A stretch of 64,000 nt of DNA, from contig NC_052157.1 in NCBI RefSeq assembly GCF_902713615.1, forward strand, positions 83,703,411 to 83,767,410, written 5' to 3'. A program made the position numbers and the translations under genes. The stretch is from Scyliorhinus canicula. Its lineage: Eukaryota. The notes under the pieces are model-generated. The model worked only from the letters and a program-made list of their open reading frames with translations, was not told the origin of the DNA and did not search any database. This document shows, piece by piece, positions 47,305-61,690 of the stretch (position 1 is the stretch's first letter; every line of letters begins with the position of its first letter).

Positions 47305-49220
47305 CACAGGTTAAAGGTAACAACAGGTTTGTATTCAAATCATATCTTTCGAGCGCTGCTCCTTTCTCAGTAATGAAGAGTGGTTCCAGAAATATATATA
47401 TAAAGAGATAAAGTCAAAGATGCAGCACGATACTTTGAATGCAGGTCTTGCAGGTAATTAAGGTCTGCAGGTCCAGTAGGGAGCAACTGTAGAGAGGAAT
47501 AGTCATAGGTTAAGAAGTGTGAATTGTCTCAAGCCAAGAACAGTTGGTAGGATTTTGCAAGCCAGGCCACTAGGGTGGCAGGTGAATGTATTGTGCCACG
47601 AAAACCTAGGTCTCGGTTGAGGCAGGATGCACTTGTTCAGAACTTGGCTATAGATCTCTGCTTGCCGATTCGGCTTTGTCGTTCGATCGTAAGGCCACCT
47701 CGGGAACTCTGAACTGAAGAGCAAAGGCAGAATGCCCTTGACTGCTGAAGTGTTACCCGACTTGAAGGGACATTCCTGCCTGGCGATTGTGGCACGATGT
47801 CCGTTCATCCATTAGCGCATCGTGTGCATAGTCTCGCCAATGTACCACGCTTCAGGACATATTTTCTTGCAGCCTATGAGTAGACAACGTTCGGCAAGTC
47901 GCTAGAGTCTGTACCAGGTACCTGGTGGGTGGAGTCCTCACGTGAATTGGTGGATTCCATTTCAATGATCTGGCACGCCTTGCACAGATAGCCATGCAGG
48001 GATGCCTGGTGCGTGGTCGCTGTTCTGAAGGGTGTGCAGTTGCTGCAAGCAATGGTCTGTTTTACATTGCGCGTGTTGTTTGAAGGCAAGTAGTCGGGGT
48101 GAGGCGATGATATTGGCAAGATTTTCATCTTCATCAATACTTGTTGAATGCTGAGAAGAAGATGCTGCAGCTTCTCCACTCCAGGAAAGTATAGGATGAC
48201 GAAGAGGATCAGTCCGGTTGTGTCCCGTGATCGTCTTCTGAGCAGGTTGATGTGGTTGTTCACTGTAGCATGTTGGAACTGTTGATCGATGAGCCGAACG
48301 CCATATCCCGTTCGTACGAGATCGCCTTTAGCGTCTGTAGATGTCTGTTACGCTCCTGCTCGTCTGAGCACATCCTGTGTATACCGACGGCTTGTCCAAA
48401 GCGTATGGCGTCTTCAATGTGTTCAGAGTGGAAGCTGGAGAGTGGAGTATCCCGAGATTATCCATGGGCTTGCGGTAAATCTGAGGTGACCGTCCTTCAT
48501 GGAGACGAACCTATTCATAATGCAACCAATTCGGAAGACTAGTCCATGGTGAGTCAGATAGTGGGATGGAGACTTATTGGCTGTCATGGTGTCTATTTTC
48601 CAGTGATTCTTCACATGGGTCCAAAGGAAAAAATGTCATCGAGTGTATCTGGTGTATAACGCCCGGTTTAAAGCTCCTGTGGCGGTTGAGAGGTCTTGTT
48701 CAAATTTGTGCATGACGATGTTGGCACATTAAAATTGAGAATTTGGTCCCCATGGCTATTCCGTGTGTCTGGATGAACAACTTGTTGTCGAAGGTGAAGA
48801 AGTTTGATCCAGAATGATCACATCAACAACGTATTGATGGCGACAACGCAGAATCGCTGAGCAAAAAACTCATGGCCAAGTTCCTCGCACATGAGTAACG
48901 GCCTCACAACCGAACTTGCAATCATGTTTCATTATATTCACTCCCCCATCTTGTCGGGCCTTGCAAAATCCTACCAACTGTCCTGGTTTGAGACCATTAC
49001 ACCGCTTTTACATGTGATTATCCCTCTCTCCAGTTTCTCTGTATGGACCTCTAGATTTAATTACCTGCAAAGACTTGCATTCACAGGACCGGTATTGCAT
49101 TATTGACTTTTTCAAGATATATGGATTCTGGAACCTACCTCTTCATTTACCTGACGAAAGAGCAGTGCTCCCAAGATAGTGAAGCGATACAAACCTTGTT
49201 GGGACTTTAAACTGGTGTTT
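47305..49220 (-). mobile_element. Penelope-like element (RT and GIY-YIG remnants) with inverted terminal duplication
   Basis: GIAMGTKF..MHKFEQDL near 48700-48770, RMNGHRATI near 47800; 48830-49220 is an inverted copy of the 3' end. Confidence 0.82.
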
Positions 49221-49937
49221 ATGTCTTTTCACAATGTTGCATAGATCACTGCTTATGCATATCATCACATCTCTTTCCTTTGAACATGTAATTAATTGCA
49301 TTCATTAGCTAATTTTTTACCATCCAGTATGAACGGCATACAGAATTACATCTTTAACTATTTAATGTCTGTCACAATTCCAGACTATCAGATTTATGTC
49401 TTAACCTTGTCCATCTTCTGAGTGGCTGCTAAACTTGTGAAGTTAATTCATCCTCCTTTGTAGCTGTGGATGCTGCAATCATCTTCTTTAGATGTCCTAG
49501 GGCTATAAACCACTTTCGCCTTGCGTTTGTTTTAAAAACGATTGCCCAACTTTCAGCAGAGCTCTTCTGTTTCTCCTTAAGACAACACCTTCATACGTAA
49601 CGATGAGATATGAATTTGTGCCTGCTTGTGCCAGTACCTTTGCATGCTACGATAATCCATTCCCTTTGGAATCGTGCAGTCTGACTGTGGCACCTGGATG
49701 CAATAGTTGGAGTATATAGGCTGACCTATCATAAAATCTCCTTACCTCATTTTTTGAGAGATCAGTTGCCTCTCTCAATTATGGTTCACTAATTCTTGAG
49801 TAATATGGTGCAATGTTGTTCTTACGTGCCTATTCATCGCCAACTGAGCTAGCGAAAGCCCGCTGAAAGGTGGTGCAGAATTCTATTTCTGGAGCGCAAG
49901 TTAAGTGTTGTCTCAGGTAACAATTGCTTTTATTTCG

Positions 49938-50165
49938 AGTGGCAGGACGGTGGCCCAAATGGTTAGCATGCTTGCCTCACGTCGCTCAGGTCCCAGGTAC
50001 GATCCGGGCTCTGGGTCACAGTCCATTTGTATTTCGTACATTCTCCGGTGTTCGCGTGGGCGTCGCCTCCACAGTCCAAAAGATTTGCAGTGCACGTGAA
50101 TGAGCCACGCTAAATTGACACTTAATTGGAAAAAATTGAATTGGATACCCTAAATTCATTAAAAT
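49938..50165 (+). mobile_element. Decayed V-SINE
   Basis: GGCAGGACGGTGGCCCAAATGGTTAGCA head; CCACAGTCCAAAAGAT; GCCACGCTAAATTG. Confidence 0.75.
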
Positions 50166-52420
50166 ATCTGCTTAACGATATTATCGCCCTCCTCAGCCGT
50201 TCCGTTCGACACAGGATCCAGAAGACTGGAGGTGACTTGTTTCAAATCGTGCTGTCGTGCAATCTCTGTCCACTCATACCTATCCAACAGGGTCAATTAT
50301 AGCCTCTGACTAAATTTGGTATCCCGTGGCGCGCGAAAATCTCTTCAACATGCTGGATTACACATCTCCCCATGGGATTTGATACCTGTGCAATTTCCGT
50401 ATAGTTCAATAAGTAGTCAATGACTAGAAGTTATTCCTTTCCATTGAGGTAAAATAGATCCATGCCAACCTTCTGCCACGGAGTTGTGACGATCGCAACC
50501 ATTTGCATCGTCTCTGCTTTGACGGCATTGAAACCATTGATGGGTTTCTTAATCATCAGTCTTCACTTAAATGTCGTGGGTTATCCCCGGCCAATAAACT
50601 GCAGCCCTGGATCTGAGCTTGGACTTTTCTATTCCCAAGTGCTCCTCATTGAGTTACGTTGTGATAATTTCCATTAATTATTGTGGAATCATAATTATTT
50701 GTTTTCGAAGCAAAACCATTTGCATAATTTAACTGAGCTTGTTCATTACATGAACTTCAGCAAAAATCTTTGTGCCAACCCCGTGGAAATATGTTCTCAC
50801 CTTTTGCAAGACTTTGTTTGGTGGTTTCCTCCTTTCTTAGTTTTGACTGCTCAGATACCGACAGCGACTCTGTGGCAAAGATAACATTCGCTTGAACGTT
50901 CTCCTCCAACTGGTGTGTCGCTGCTATGCCTGCGGCTCTAGATAGTGTATTAGCAACAAGGAGAGTATTTCCCGTTGTGTAAAGCAGCTCGAAGCGGTGC
51001 AGCTTTATGATCATTCTCTGAATTCTAGGCGACATCTCGTCAAGATCTTTCTTAATTACTGCGACCAGTGGTCTGTGGCTAGTTTACACTATGAACTTTG
51101 GAAGACCATATACATAGTCATGGAACTTAGTAACCCATTAACACCATTAACCCCATTCCTTTTCATACCTGTGTTACATATCAAACATTGATCTGGATCT
51201 TTAAGCTACTAGAAGCAGGTGCCATCCAGGTCTTACTGCTGTAGGAAATCACTCAAACTGTTCATTGATGAGTCTGTCGAATGTTTCGTCTTTTTGCAGT
51301 GTCGAAAAACGTCAGGACTGGTGCTGTGGTCAATTATACTTACAAATCTTCGTATTCCTGCTCATGTCTTCCAGACCATTGGAATTTTGAGCATTTCTTG
51401 ATAGGTTATCTGAGCTGCGCAGTCTTAGGTGCATCACTGAGAATTAATTTGGCCAGAAAAGTTATGATCCCTAACATTCTTAGCGTAGCTTTTTTAAAAA
51501 TCGTTGGGACTTGGCATCGGCAAGTTTGTCTTCATTTTATCTTAATCAGGATGATTAAGTGATGCTGTTCACACCAATTTGACATTTAATTCTGTTCTAC
51601 TTCAAGCCACTGTTTTTAAAGCTCCTCACGATCCTGAGAAGCCTTTTGGCATGTTCTTCCGGTGTTGATTCCGTGATCTTTATATCATCGACATCAACTC
51701 GGAGTTCTTGAATCCTTTTCACTATTTGCGGACTGGCAGGATGGACAACCTCTGAAGCAGAAAGGACGCCACATCGTTGCGAAAGACGCTATCTCTTCCC
51801 AACGGTTTGTTGAACATACATAGGTTTGTGATTTGTTTGTCTAATTTAAGTTCCAGAAGCTTTGTGACTCGTCAAACGTAATGAAGCATGTTGCTTTTGC
51901 CATCACGCATGTTGTTTTATCCCTTTTAGGTGGAGGACAATATTCTATTTTAACGTTGAGGATCCACACGGATCCGTAGTTCTCAAAATACGTTTCTTTA
52001 CACAAACCACAGAGTTTAACCAGGATGTAGGTCATTATATGGGTTTAATTACGCTTAAGGCTGTCATTCGTCCGAGCTCAGACTTCAATTTGTCTCTCAA
52101 TATAGCTGGTAAATGCCTCGATGCATGAATCTCTGACTTTGTGTTGTCCTTTAATTGGATTTTGTACCTGGAAAATAAAGTGCCAACGCCTTGAAATATC
52201 ATGGAAATTCCTTCTGAATGGAATGTGCCGATACACCTTGTCTGGTTACACTGCTGTCTGCCGTGTGAACCTGCTTAACGAGATGAAGTTCCTCACACGC
52301 TTCTACACCAAGCAGAGATTCCGCAGCAATAATGGAAAATTTAAAAATGTGAATTCGCTTGTTCACATTCTCATCGAGCTCGCTTGATCCTCACGTTGTA
52401 GTTTCATTTCCGATCTAGTT

Positions 52421-54566
52421 AGATAGAGATAGAGAAATACAGCACAGAACAGGCCCTTCGGCCCACGATGTTGTGCCGAACTTTTGTCCTAGGTTAATCA
52501 TAGAATTTTGGACACTCAGGGCAATTTTTCATGGGCAATCCACCGAACCTGCACATCTTTGGACTGTGGGAGGAGTGCCCGGAGGAAACCCACGCACACA
52601 GGGGGAGGATATGCAGACTCCACACAGACAGTGACCCAAGTCGAAATCGAACTTGGTATCCTGGAGCTATGAAGCAATTGTGATATCCACAATGCTACCG
52701 TGCTGCACTTAAGGAGAAGTCAATCTACACTCCATTATTCTACCCTAATCCATGTACCTATCCAATAGCCGCTTGAAGGTCCCTAACGTTTCCGACTCAA
52801 CTACTTCCACAGGCAGTGCATTCCATGCCCCCACTACTCTCTGGGTAAAGAACCTACCTCTGACACCCCCTCTATATCTTCCACCATTTATCTTAAATTT
52901 ATGTCCCCTTGTAATGGTGTGTTCCACCCGGGGAAAAAGTCTCTGACTGTACACTCGATCTATTGCCCTGATAATCTTATAAACCTCTATCAAGTCGCCC
53001 CTCATCCTTCTCCGTTCTAATGAGAAAAGACGTAGCACCCTCAACCTTTCCTCGTAAGACCTACTCTCCATTCCAGGCAACATCCTGGTAAATCTACTTT
53101 GCACCTTTTCCAAGCTTCCACATCCCTCCGAAAATGAGGCGACCAGAACTGCACATAGTACTCCAAATGTGGCCTGACCAAAGTCCTGTACAGCTGCATC
53201 ATCACCTCACGGCTCTTAAATTCAACCCCTCTGCTCATGAACGCTAGCACACCACAGGCCGTCTTCACAGCTCTATCCACTTGAGTGGCAACTTTCAAAG
53301 ATCTATGAACATAGACCCCAAGATCTCTCTGTTCCTCCACATTGCCAAGAACCCTACCGCCAACCCTGTATTCTGCATTCATATTTGTCCTTCCAAAATG
53401 GACAACCTCACACTTGTCAGGGTTAAATTCCATTTGTCACTTCTCAGCCCAGCTCTGCATCATATCTATGTCTCTTTGAAGCCGACAACAGCCCTCCTCA
53501 CTATCCACAACTCCACCAATCTTCGTATCATCTGCAAATTTACTGACCCACCCTTCAACTCCCTCATCCAAGTCGTTAATGAAAATCACAAACAGCAGAG
53601 GACCCAGAACTGATCCCTGCGGTACGCCACTGATAACTGGGCTCCAGGCTGAATATTTGCCATCCACTACCACGCTCTGTCTTCTATCAGTTTGCCAGTT
53701 TGTTATCCAATTGGCCAAATTTCCCACTATCCCATGCCTCCTTACATTCTGCACAAGCCTACAATGTGGCACCTTATCAAATACCTTATTAAAATCCATG
53801 TACATTACATCCACTGCTTTACTTTCATCCACATGCTTGGTCACCTCCTCAAAGATGTCAATCAGACTTGTAAGGCAAGACCTACCCCTCACAAAACCGT
53901 GCTGACTATCCCTAATCAAGCAGTGTCTTTCCAGAAGCTCCGAAATCCTATCCCTCAGTACCCTTTCCATTACTCTGCCTACCACCGAAGTAAGACTAAC
54001 TGGCCTGTAATTCCCAGGGTTATCCCTATTCCCTTTCTGAACAGGGGCACGACATTCGCCTCTCTCCAATCCTCTGGTACCACCCCTGTTGACAGCGAGG
54101 ACGAAAAGATCATTGCCAACGGCTCTGCAATTTCATTTCTTGCTTCCCATAGAATCCTTGGATATATCCCGTCAGGCCCGGGGGAGTTGTCTATCCTCAA
54201 GTTTTTCAAAATGCGCAACACATCTTCCTTCCTGACAAGTATATCCTCGAGCTTATCAGTCTGTTTCACCACTGTCCTCTCCAACAATATGGCCCCTCCC
54301 GTTTGTAAATACTGAAGAAAAATACTTGTTCAAGACCTCTCCAATCTCTTCAGACTTTATACACAATCTCCCGCTACTGTCCTTGATCGGACCTAACCCT
54401 CGCTCTAGTCATTCTCATATTTCTCACATATGTGTAAAAGGCCTTGGGGTTTTCCTTGATCCTACCTGCCAAAGATTTTTCATGCCCTCTCTTAGCTCTC
54501 CTAATCCATTTCTTCAGTTCCCTCCTGGCTATCTTGCATCCCTCCAGCGCCCTGTCTGAACCTTGT
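52421..54566 (-). mobile_element. 5'-truncated CR1 with V-SINE (~52510-52708) embedded in the 3' UTR
   Basis: RT ORFs 53979-54287, 53437-54069, 53041-53433, 52745-53113; SINE lies between the stop codon and the terminal GGCCTGTTCTGTGCTGTA tail. Confidence 0.92.
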
Positions 54567-56837
54567 TAACTGTAGTGTCTGAACAATACCGTTATGTTTG
54601 TTACTTGCGTTTTAATTCTCAGTTTCTTCAAATTGATGAGTTTAACCCTTGCACCTGTGTGGAGTTTGAATGTTATTAATGTAAAATTAACTATTAATGG
54701 CACTGTCCATTTGTCTTTTTGATCATTTGCTTTTCATTCACTATTGCTGCAAATTGTCCAGCCAGCATTTTCGTTTGGCCTAACTTGACTATCTTGCTCT
54801 ACATGGAAATTATTTCGAGAAAATATATGTTTTTGAGGCACACTTCATGAATTGTGTTGATAATCTTTGGTTGTTCGATTTTTTTCCTGGAAAAACATTG
54901 TATCGCAAAATGATTTCTGCCGTACAGTTCGTAAATACCTTTCCAAACGCTGCACCTTGGCGTGTCGAATGTAGTTTGCCGCATGATGGGCATGAAATTT
55001 AGGGTTGGGCAAACCGATGAAAATTACCATCTGGACTGGAAGTATGTTTTTATATTCGAGTGCGTCACCAGACTAATAGTGTGTCTGCCTGTTCTAACTT
55101 CGCGCCAAAATGTAGGAAATTCAATATGCTGATCTTCTTTGCTATAAGCTCACTAGCGTGATATATTTTGAGAGCATTGCCATGTTGAAGCCCTGTTTCT
55201 CTCAGAAGCCTCTCACGTACTTTATGGTTTGCAGTATTGGTTTTAACAGTACGTTCTCATTGCCAAAAACAATCATGCCGAAGTCATTGTCAGAATGTGA
55301 TCACACGTCTTCCCACTACTTCAGGAACAGGCAGACATCATGCCTTTTCTCATCTACTCCATCCCAATTCGTATTTGAGGTGGCACACGTCACATGGAAT
55401 AGTCTGTGTGAATTGTGTCACTCTGCAGTGCATGCCCCGTAGTATACCACACTGATGTTACTTTTTTAATGGGGCTAATCGGCTTCGCGCAACAAAAGGA
55501 ACAACAGAGCACGAGCATTTGTAAAGTACTGCTGCAGCAGGCTGCTTTTTTGCCCAACGAGTCTGCACCGATTCTCAGAAAGCGTATGCTCGCCATATCC
55601 ACGTATCACGACCTCACCTCCACATCTCTGTACACTAAAGGATAATTTAGCAAATTGCACTGTTGGAGGAAAGCGACTTGCTAGCACCTGTCGTTGCATT
55701 CATGCAATTCATGCATTCGATGCGCTCAACTGTCTTCGCCTCTATGGATGAGAGTCCGTGCAAAGTATCTGCTAATTCCATCGATTTGATTTCAGACAAA
55801 TATTTCAGCTGAGGTTGTTTACTTCAATAAGTTCGAAAAAGATCAAGTTGCATTTTCGCAGCATTTTTACTTAAGACAGCAAATTATGAAATCGTTCTAC
55901 TTGTTCCACACTTTCGTTCATTTTAAACAGTCAATAATCTGTTCCAACTAAGAAATTGTAATTGTAGATCCCTAATTCGACTCCCTAATGTTCGGCGATG
56001 AATCACGCTGTTATCATCTATGAGGCTGGGCCAACTTGGAAAATCAGTTCGTGCAGTGTATTTTTATGATTGTGTTTCGTAATACTGTGTTGAATCGGAT
56101 GTCACCCCAATGGAAATAAACAGGCCTGTTGTCGTGAAAGTGGTATTAACGATAATATGTTAAATTAAATAATAGAGAAACTCACACGAACATGACTGGC
56201 CTGCTTGAAGGCAATATAATACCATTCGAACAAACTAAACGCACACACAGTTTATATAGAAAGTTTCCTCTGTTCCAAAACATATCTGTGGTCCCTCAGA
56301 ACGTTAGTATTTCGTCTTTTGCCAAATAATATGCACACGAAATGGACTTATATGTCGAAAACACCATATACTTAACACATAATACGGAGATGACAATAAC
56401 GTCAGGAAAATGCACAGCAAACCGAATAAAAGGAGAACAGTATAATTATCAGCAGCTAAATTTTTCGACAAAGGATATTTACTCTGAAATTACGAAGGTT
56501 TTCTGAACTGCATTGGCTCTAATACGTAGAGATTGTTAGAGGTAAAACTACCTTTCTTGGCTGTTAGATGTAAACCGATCTCCCTTGTTTCTGATTCAGA
56601 TGATAATTATACAATTTTCCTTTTATTCAGCTATCGTTTGGCTTTCTGTTCATGCCTTTACATGATAGTTTGGCATTTGAACACATCTCTGAACCTCAAA
56701 TCGTCTAACTAAGCTTTGCTTCCCGAAGATACGATTGACGTCTGATTCTTTACCGGAGCCTTATATTCTTCTTACTGGGTAAGTCGTATCTCATCCTCCA
56801 TTTTGACCAAGCGCTACTGATTTCGCTCGACATACAT

Positions 56838-57212
56838 CTACCTGTCGCTGGGCGGACTGGATCGTTTTATGAAATGAAAATGAAATGAAATTCGCTTCTT
56901 CTCACAAGTAGGCTTCAAATGAAGTTACTGTGAAAAGCACCTAGTCGCCACCTTCCGGCGTTTGTTAGGAGAGGCTGGTAAGAGAATTGAACCGTGCTAC
57001 TGGCCTACCTGTCGCTGGGCGGACTGGATCGTTTTATGAAATGAAAATGAAATGAAAATCGCTTCTTCTCACAAGTTGGCTTCAAATGAAGTTACTGTGA
57101 AAAGCCCCGAGTCGCCACCTTCTGGCGTTTTTTCGGAGAGGCTGGGAAGTGAATTGAACCGTGCTGCTGGCCTGCCTGGGTCTGCTTTGAAAGCCAGCGA
57201 TATAGCCCTGTG
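56838..57212 (-). mobile_element. tRNA-derived SINE with a 167-bp tandem duplication of its 3' part plus flank
   Basis: CTACCTGTCGCTGGGCGGACTGG begins at both 56838 and 57005. Confidence 0.88.
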
Positions 57213-58407
57213 CTACGAGGCAAATTCTTGAACAAAACTATTTCGGAAAGGTGCGTATTCTGAGCTATGATATAAAAGACTCCACTAGCATACGCTTGTC
57301 ATCCTGGGCACGATGCTGTACAAATTATTCTACAGGATCTCAAAGCTGTTAGCTGACCTGCTTCTTTCAATCTTGCATTACTCGACTTCAGTTCTGAAAT
57401 ATCATAAGTACCATGAGATATTTGGTCCAACTATTCAAAAGAGGTCATATTTTCTTTACTTTATTATGCCCGTAATTCATTAATGTCAATTAATCACATG
57501 CGTAGTGGTGTCATTTATGCGAACAATCCCAGAAAATACTAAATCTTAATTTGAATATATATCACAATGAGCACTCTGACAATAGTAAGCACATTTGATT
57601 TGTTTTTATTGATTTTGCTTGTGAGTCAAGTATTAACCAGGTAATGAATAAGAACCTTTTTAGCTCGTTCGAAACAACGTTATGGCTTAATTTACTTAGA
57701 ATTAACAAACCATATTGGGCACCTGAATAAGGGGAACATGCGTTGCCAATTTGACACAATGTGGCATCAGTGTTCTCAATCTGTAAACTTGTGGCACAAG
57801 CGAAGCAGGCAAACATCACGTTATGCCACATTCTGGTAGCTCTCAATGTTACTCTGTTGAAGTTATTTGAAACTCGGTGTATTTTACGTTTCCTTAATTA
57901 TACATTTCCATTATGTTTCTTGTTACTTGTTGGCGGTAAAAAAAAAACGAATACCAGCCATTTTGTCCGCCGAGAAAATTACTCCTTCTACAACATCGAG
58001 GAAGCTACAATATGCATCTCCGTTTAATGATTCTGACAAATACAACGCCAATCATTCGACTATTTGTTTAACTCCTAAAATGTATGCGTTGGGAGAAATA
58101 ATTTTAATCAATCGTTTATTGGGCACGTAGGGTTAGAATTGTCGTCATCACACAGGTAATTCGAAATAAATCGGCATTGTATACAGCTTTGATGCCAGGA
58201 AACATTATGGAAAAAATATTGTCCTGCCGTGGAACATGGGTTTAGGAGGTACATATAGGCCAAGGCTCTAACGAGGGAAAAGTATCTGATCGGAATTAAT
58301 ATGAAAAATCAGTTATATTTATCACTTAAGGTGTTAATGAATTCTCTATCAATTTCAGTTACACACGCACGATGTTTAGCTCCAATTGCGCTGCAGAAAG
58401 CCATACC

Positions 58408-58757
58408 ACAGAACACAGAACACAGAACAGTACAGCACAGAACAGGCCCTTCGGCCCTCGATGTAGTGCCGAGCAATGATCACCCTACTCAAACCCACGT
58501 ATCCACCCTATACCCGTAACCCAACAAACCCCTCTTAACCTTACATTTTAGGACACTACGGGCAATTTAGCATGGCCAATCCACCTAACCCGCACAGCTT
58601 TGGACTGTGGGAGGAAACCGGAGCACCCGGAGGAAACCCACGCACACACGGGGAGGACGTGCAGACTCCGCACAGACAGTGACCCAGCCGGGAATCGAAC
58701 CTGGGACCCTGGAGCTGTGAAGAATTTATGCTAACCACCATGCTACCGTGCTGCCCC
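58408..58757 (-). mobile_element. HE1-type V-SINE, full length
   Basis: Near-identical to the 30048 and 36721 copies; (CAGAACA)n tail. Confidence 0.92.
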
Positions 58758-59197
58758 TAGGCAGCAGTTTGCTGTTGATAGAGCCCAGGAAAGGCGGCGG
58801 CGACATATGGTGATCTTCCATGATTGCAATTACAATGGGATCTTTTCCTCAGGCATACTGGTATCAGGAACGAAGACATAAGCATACATAATTGTTATTG
58901 TTGTCTGCATTATTAGTGGACCGATTATAAATTAGACGAGTCAGACTTGCAAGTGCTGATATTCAGTTCCTTATAATGGGGAGCCGGTAAATAATATTAG
59001 GAAAGAGCATGGTCGTGTGTGTCTTTGCATTGATTGGAGATTTAATTAAATATATATCCATCGTTCGTGTTCGCGAATTGTTCTCGTATGCTATGCATGA
59101 TGTGAGTCTAATTGATAGTCACGATTGGACAGAAAACTACGAACAAATTATTGGTACATTCTAAATTCTTGCAACCCCATTTCAAGATATAACTCTT

Positions 59198-60055
59198 GGG
59201 TAGGATTATACATCGGCCGACGCTGGAATCGGGAATTGTGATTGCGGAAAGAATGTGAGGCGAAAATCATGACGAACGTTGGGCGCCGACAGATTACCGT
59301 GCACCAGTGTCTCAACAGCGGCGTCAATTAATTCTAATCTGCATATACAGTCAACGCCGTTGGCCTACCTTTAGTAGCCCTGACAATGCAGTCTCTGGGA
59401 CCACATCGATTCTCTGCGTCTGCTTAGATGAATTGCCAACGGTCTATTTCACATCTGATTTCAACAATCGGAATCTGGCAGCCGAGGAAGAGAGAGAGGG
59501 GATACAGAAATTTACCAATATCGCCATACTGTGATGAAAGTCGTGCCGCTGGCTCGGGGATCTGCCAGGGCCGGCCGGATTAGTAGCGGGGGACGGGGGG
59601 ACGGGGGGGGGGACGGCGGCAGGAGGTAGGCCGTGAGGTCGGGGTATGGAACAACAGTCCCGCAGCCTGCAAGGCAGTCATGCTGCTGCGTCCACTACTC
59701 ACTGCCCACTATGAATTCATGCCATGGGTCTGATGACTGCGTTTCAGTCCACCTCCATAAGCACCCTCTAAGCCCAGCTAACCTATCAACAGGATGGGCG
59801 TGCTTCAGCGCAACCAGTGCATCCTATTTGCTGCGAAGAGTGTGTGAGAGAGTGTGTGTGACTGGCTCTGGAGTGCAAATCCAGATATTGGCTTAAAATA
59901 CACCATTTTCATTGGAATCGCTCGTGTTACACCTGACATCGGTGTGACCGCATGAACGGTTGCAAATTATTGCGGGACAGAAGCCAATTTTGCTGTGGTA
60001 AAAGACCACCAATTTTGTCTTTTGCGTATTCTCTGAAAAGAGGTATTCAACCATC
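59198..60055. mobile_element. Probable decayed Harbinger-like MITE
   Basis: GC-rich island in AT-rich DNA starting GGGTAGGATT, with a weak inverted end near 60050. Confidence 0.45.
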
Positions 60056-60519
60056 TTTCAGAAGGCGGCTCATGACCCTTGATTGGAAAAGACTGAAGGT
60101 TGCTCCAGCGCAGCTTTCACATAATTTATTTAGTGCATTTTACTTTTAAATAATTTGGAACACATGCTACGGGGAGAAAAACGTAACTTATCCTGGAAAC
60201 TGTTCGCTGGTATGAAATTGAATTTCTGGTACCGGACAAATACTTTTCACAAAAATGAACGTATTTTTAATCACATTTCTACGGATAAACACTAACATTG
60301 ACAGATCGTTTGGTGTGCGTTTCATTGAATTATTGTGTGCTGGACAGATAAAATTTCTAGATCAATTCATGCTAGACAAAGGTATTTGTACGTGTTGGGT
60401 TTTGTTTCAATCTTAACTGTGATTCTATTGTGCATAGTGCCTTCAAAAATAAATAGGATCGACTGTCCTTCCTTAAGAAATGGAGTGAAGATGCCGGAGT
60501 TAGATTGGGGTGAGTAGAA

Positions 60520-61690
60520 TAAGAAGTCTTACAACTGCAGGTTAAAGTAAATCAGGATTGTTTCAAATCACTAGGTTCGGAGCACTACTACTTGCTCAGG
60601 TGATTGAAGAGCTATGTTCCACTCAGATCTCCTCTGGCGAGGAGGAGCGTAACATACATCTACAGACACAGAAAGATGCCCTCGGAACAACGGGATATGG
60701 CGCTTCACTGATCGATCGAGCGTTCCAACGCACCACGGCAGAAAACCGCACCGACATCCTCAGAAGACACACACGGGACAAAACCGACAGTGTGCCTTTC
60801 GTCGTCCAGTAATTTCCCGTAGCCGAGAAACTACGACATTTTCTTCGCAGCCTTCAACATGTTTTTGATGAAGACGAACATCTTGCCATGTCATCCCCAC
60901 ACAGCCCACTACCTGCCTTCAAACAACCACGCAACCAGACACAAACCACTGTGTGCAGCAAAACTACTCAGCCTTCAGATCAGCCACCACAATACCATAC
61001 ATCCCTTCCATTGAAATCTCTGCAAGACATGCCAGATCATCGACATGGATACCACCATTACACGTGAGAACACCACCAACCAGGTGCACGATATACTCTA
61101 CCTCGTACGCTGAAGGAAAAGATATCTGGAAGCATGGTGCAATGGCGAGACTATGCAGAGGCTGCGACAGAGGATGAACCGACATCGTGTGACAATGACC
61201 AGGCAGGAATGTTCCTTTCCAGTCGGTGAACACTACAGCAGTCAAGGGCATTCAGACTCTTTCCTCCGGGTAACCGTTCTCCAAGGAGGCCTTCAGGACG
61301 TCCGACAACACAGGATCGCCGAAGACAAACTAATAGCCAGGTTCTGCACACATGCGTACGGTCTCAACCGGGATGTTGGATTGATATTGCATGGCATTCA
61401 CTCCCTCCCCCACAACCACCTGGCCTGAGCTTGCGAAAATCTTACCAACTGTCCTGGCTTGAGACAATTCACACCTCTTTAACCTTGAGTTGTTCATCTC
61501 TCTTGATCTGTAAATACTTAATTGCCTGCAAATGATCACATTGAAAGTATTGTCTGTCATCTTTGACTTTGTCTCCATATATGTTTCTGAAACCGACCTC
61601 TTCATTCACCTGAGGAAGGAGCAGTGCTCCGAAAGGTCGTCAATTGAAATAAACCAATTGGGCTTTAAACTGGTGTTGTAAGGCTTCATA
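60520..61690 (+). mobile_element. 5'-truncated Penelope-like element with inverted terminal repeat
   Basis: QRLRQRMNRHR..FPVGEHY..LRVTVLQGGL..IAEDKLIARFCTHAYGLNRD (GIY-YIG C-terminus); 60520-60620 is an inverted copy of 61590-61690. Confidence 0.85.

Larger units (their letters stand above)
49400..56400 (-). mobile_element. Decayed Ty3/Gypsy LTR retrotransposon (gag-pro-RT-RH-IN remnants), interrupted by SINE and CR1
   Basis: PWQKVGMDLFYLNGK..LVIDY (~50410-50480), PRIQRMIIKLHRFELLYTTG..VANTLSRA (50757-51035), KLHTGARV (~54650), NHFAIQC knuckle remnant (~54900); outer limits uncertain. Confidence 0.75.
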
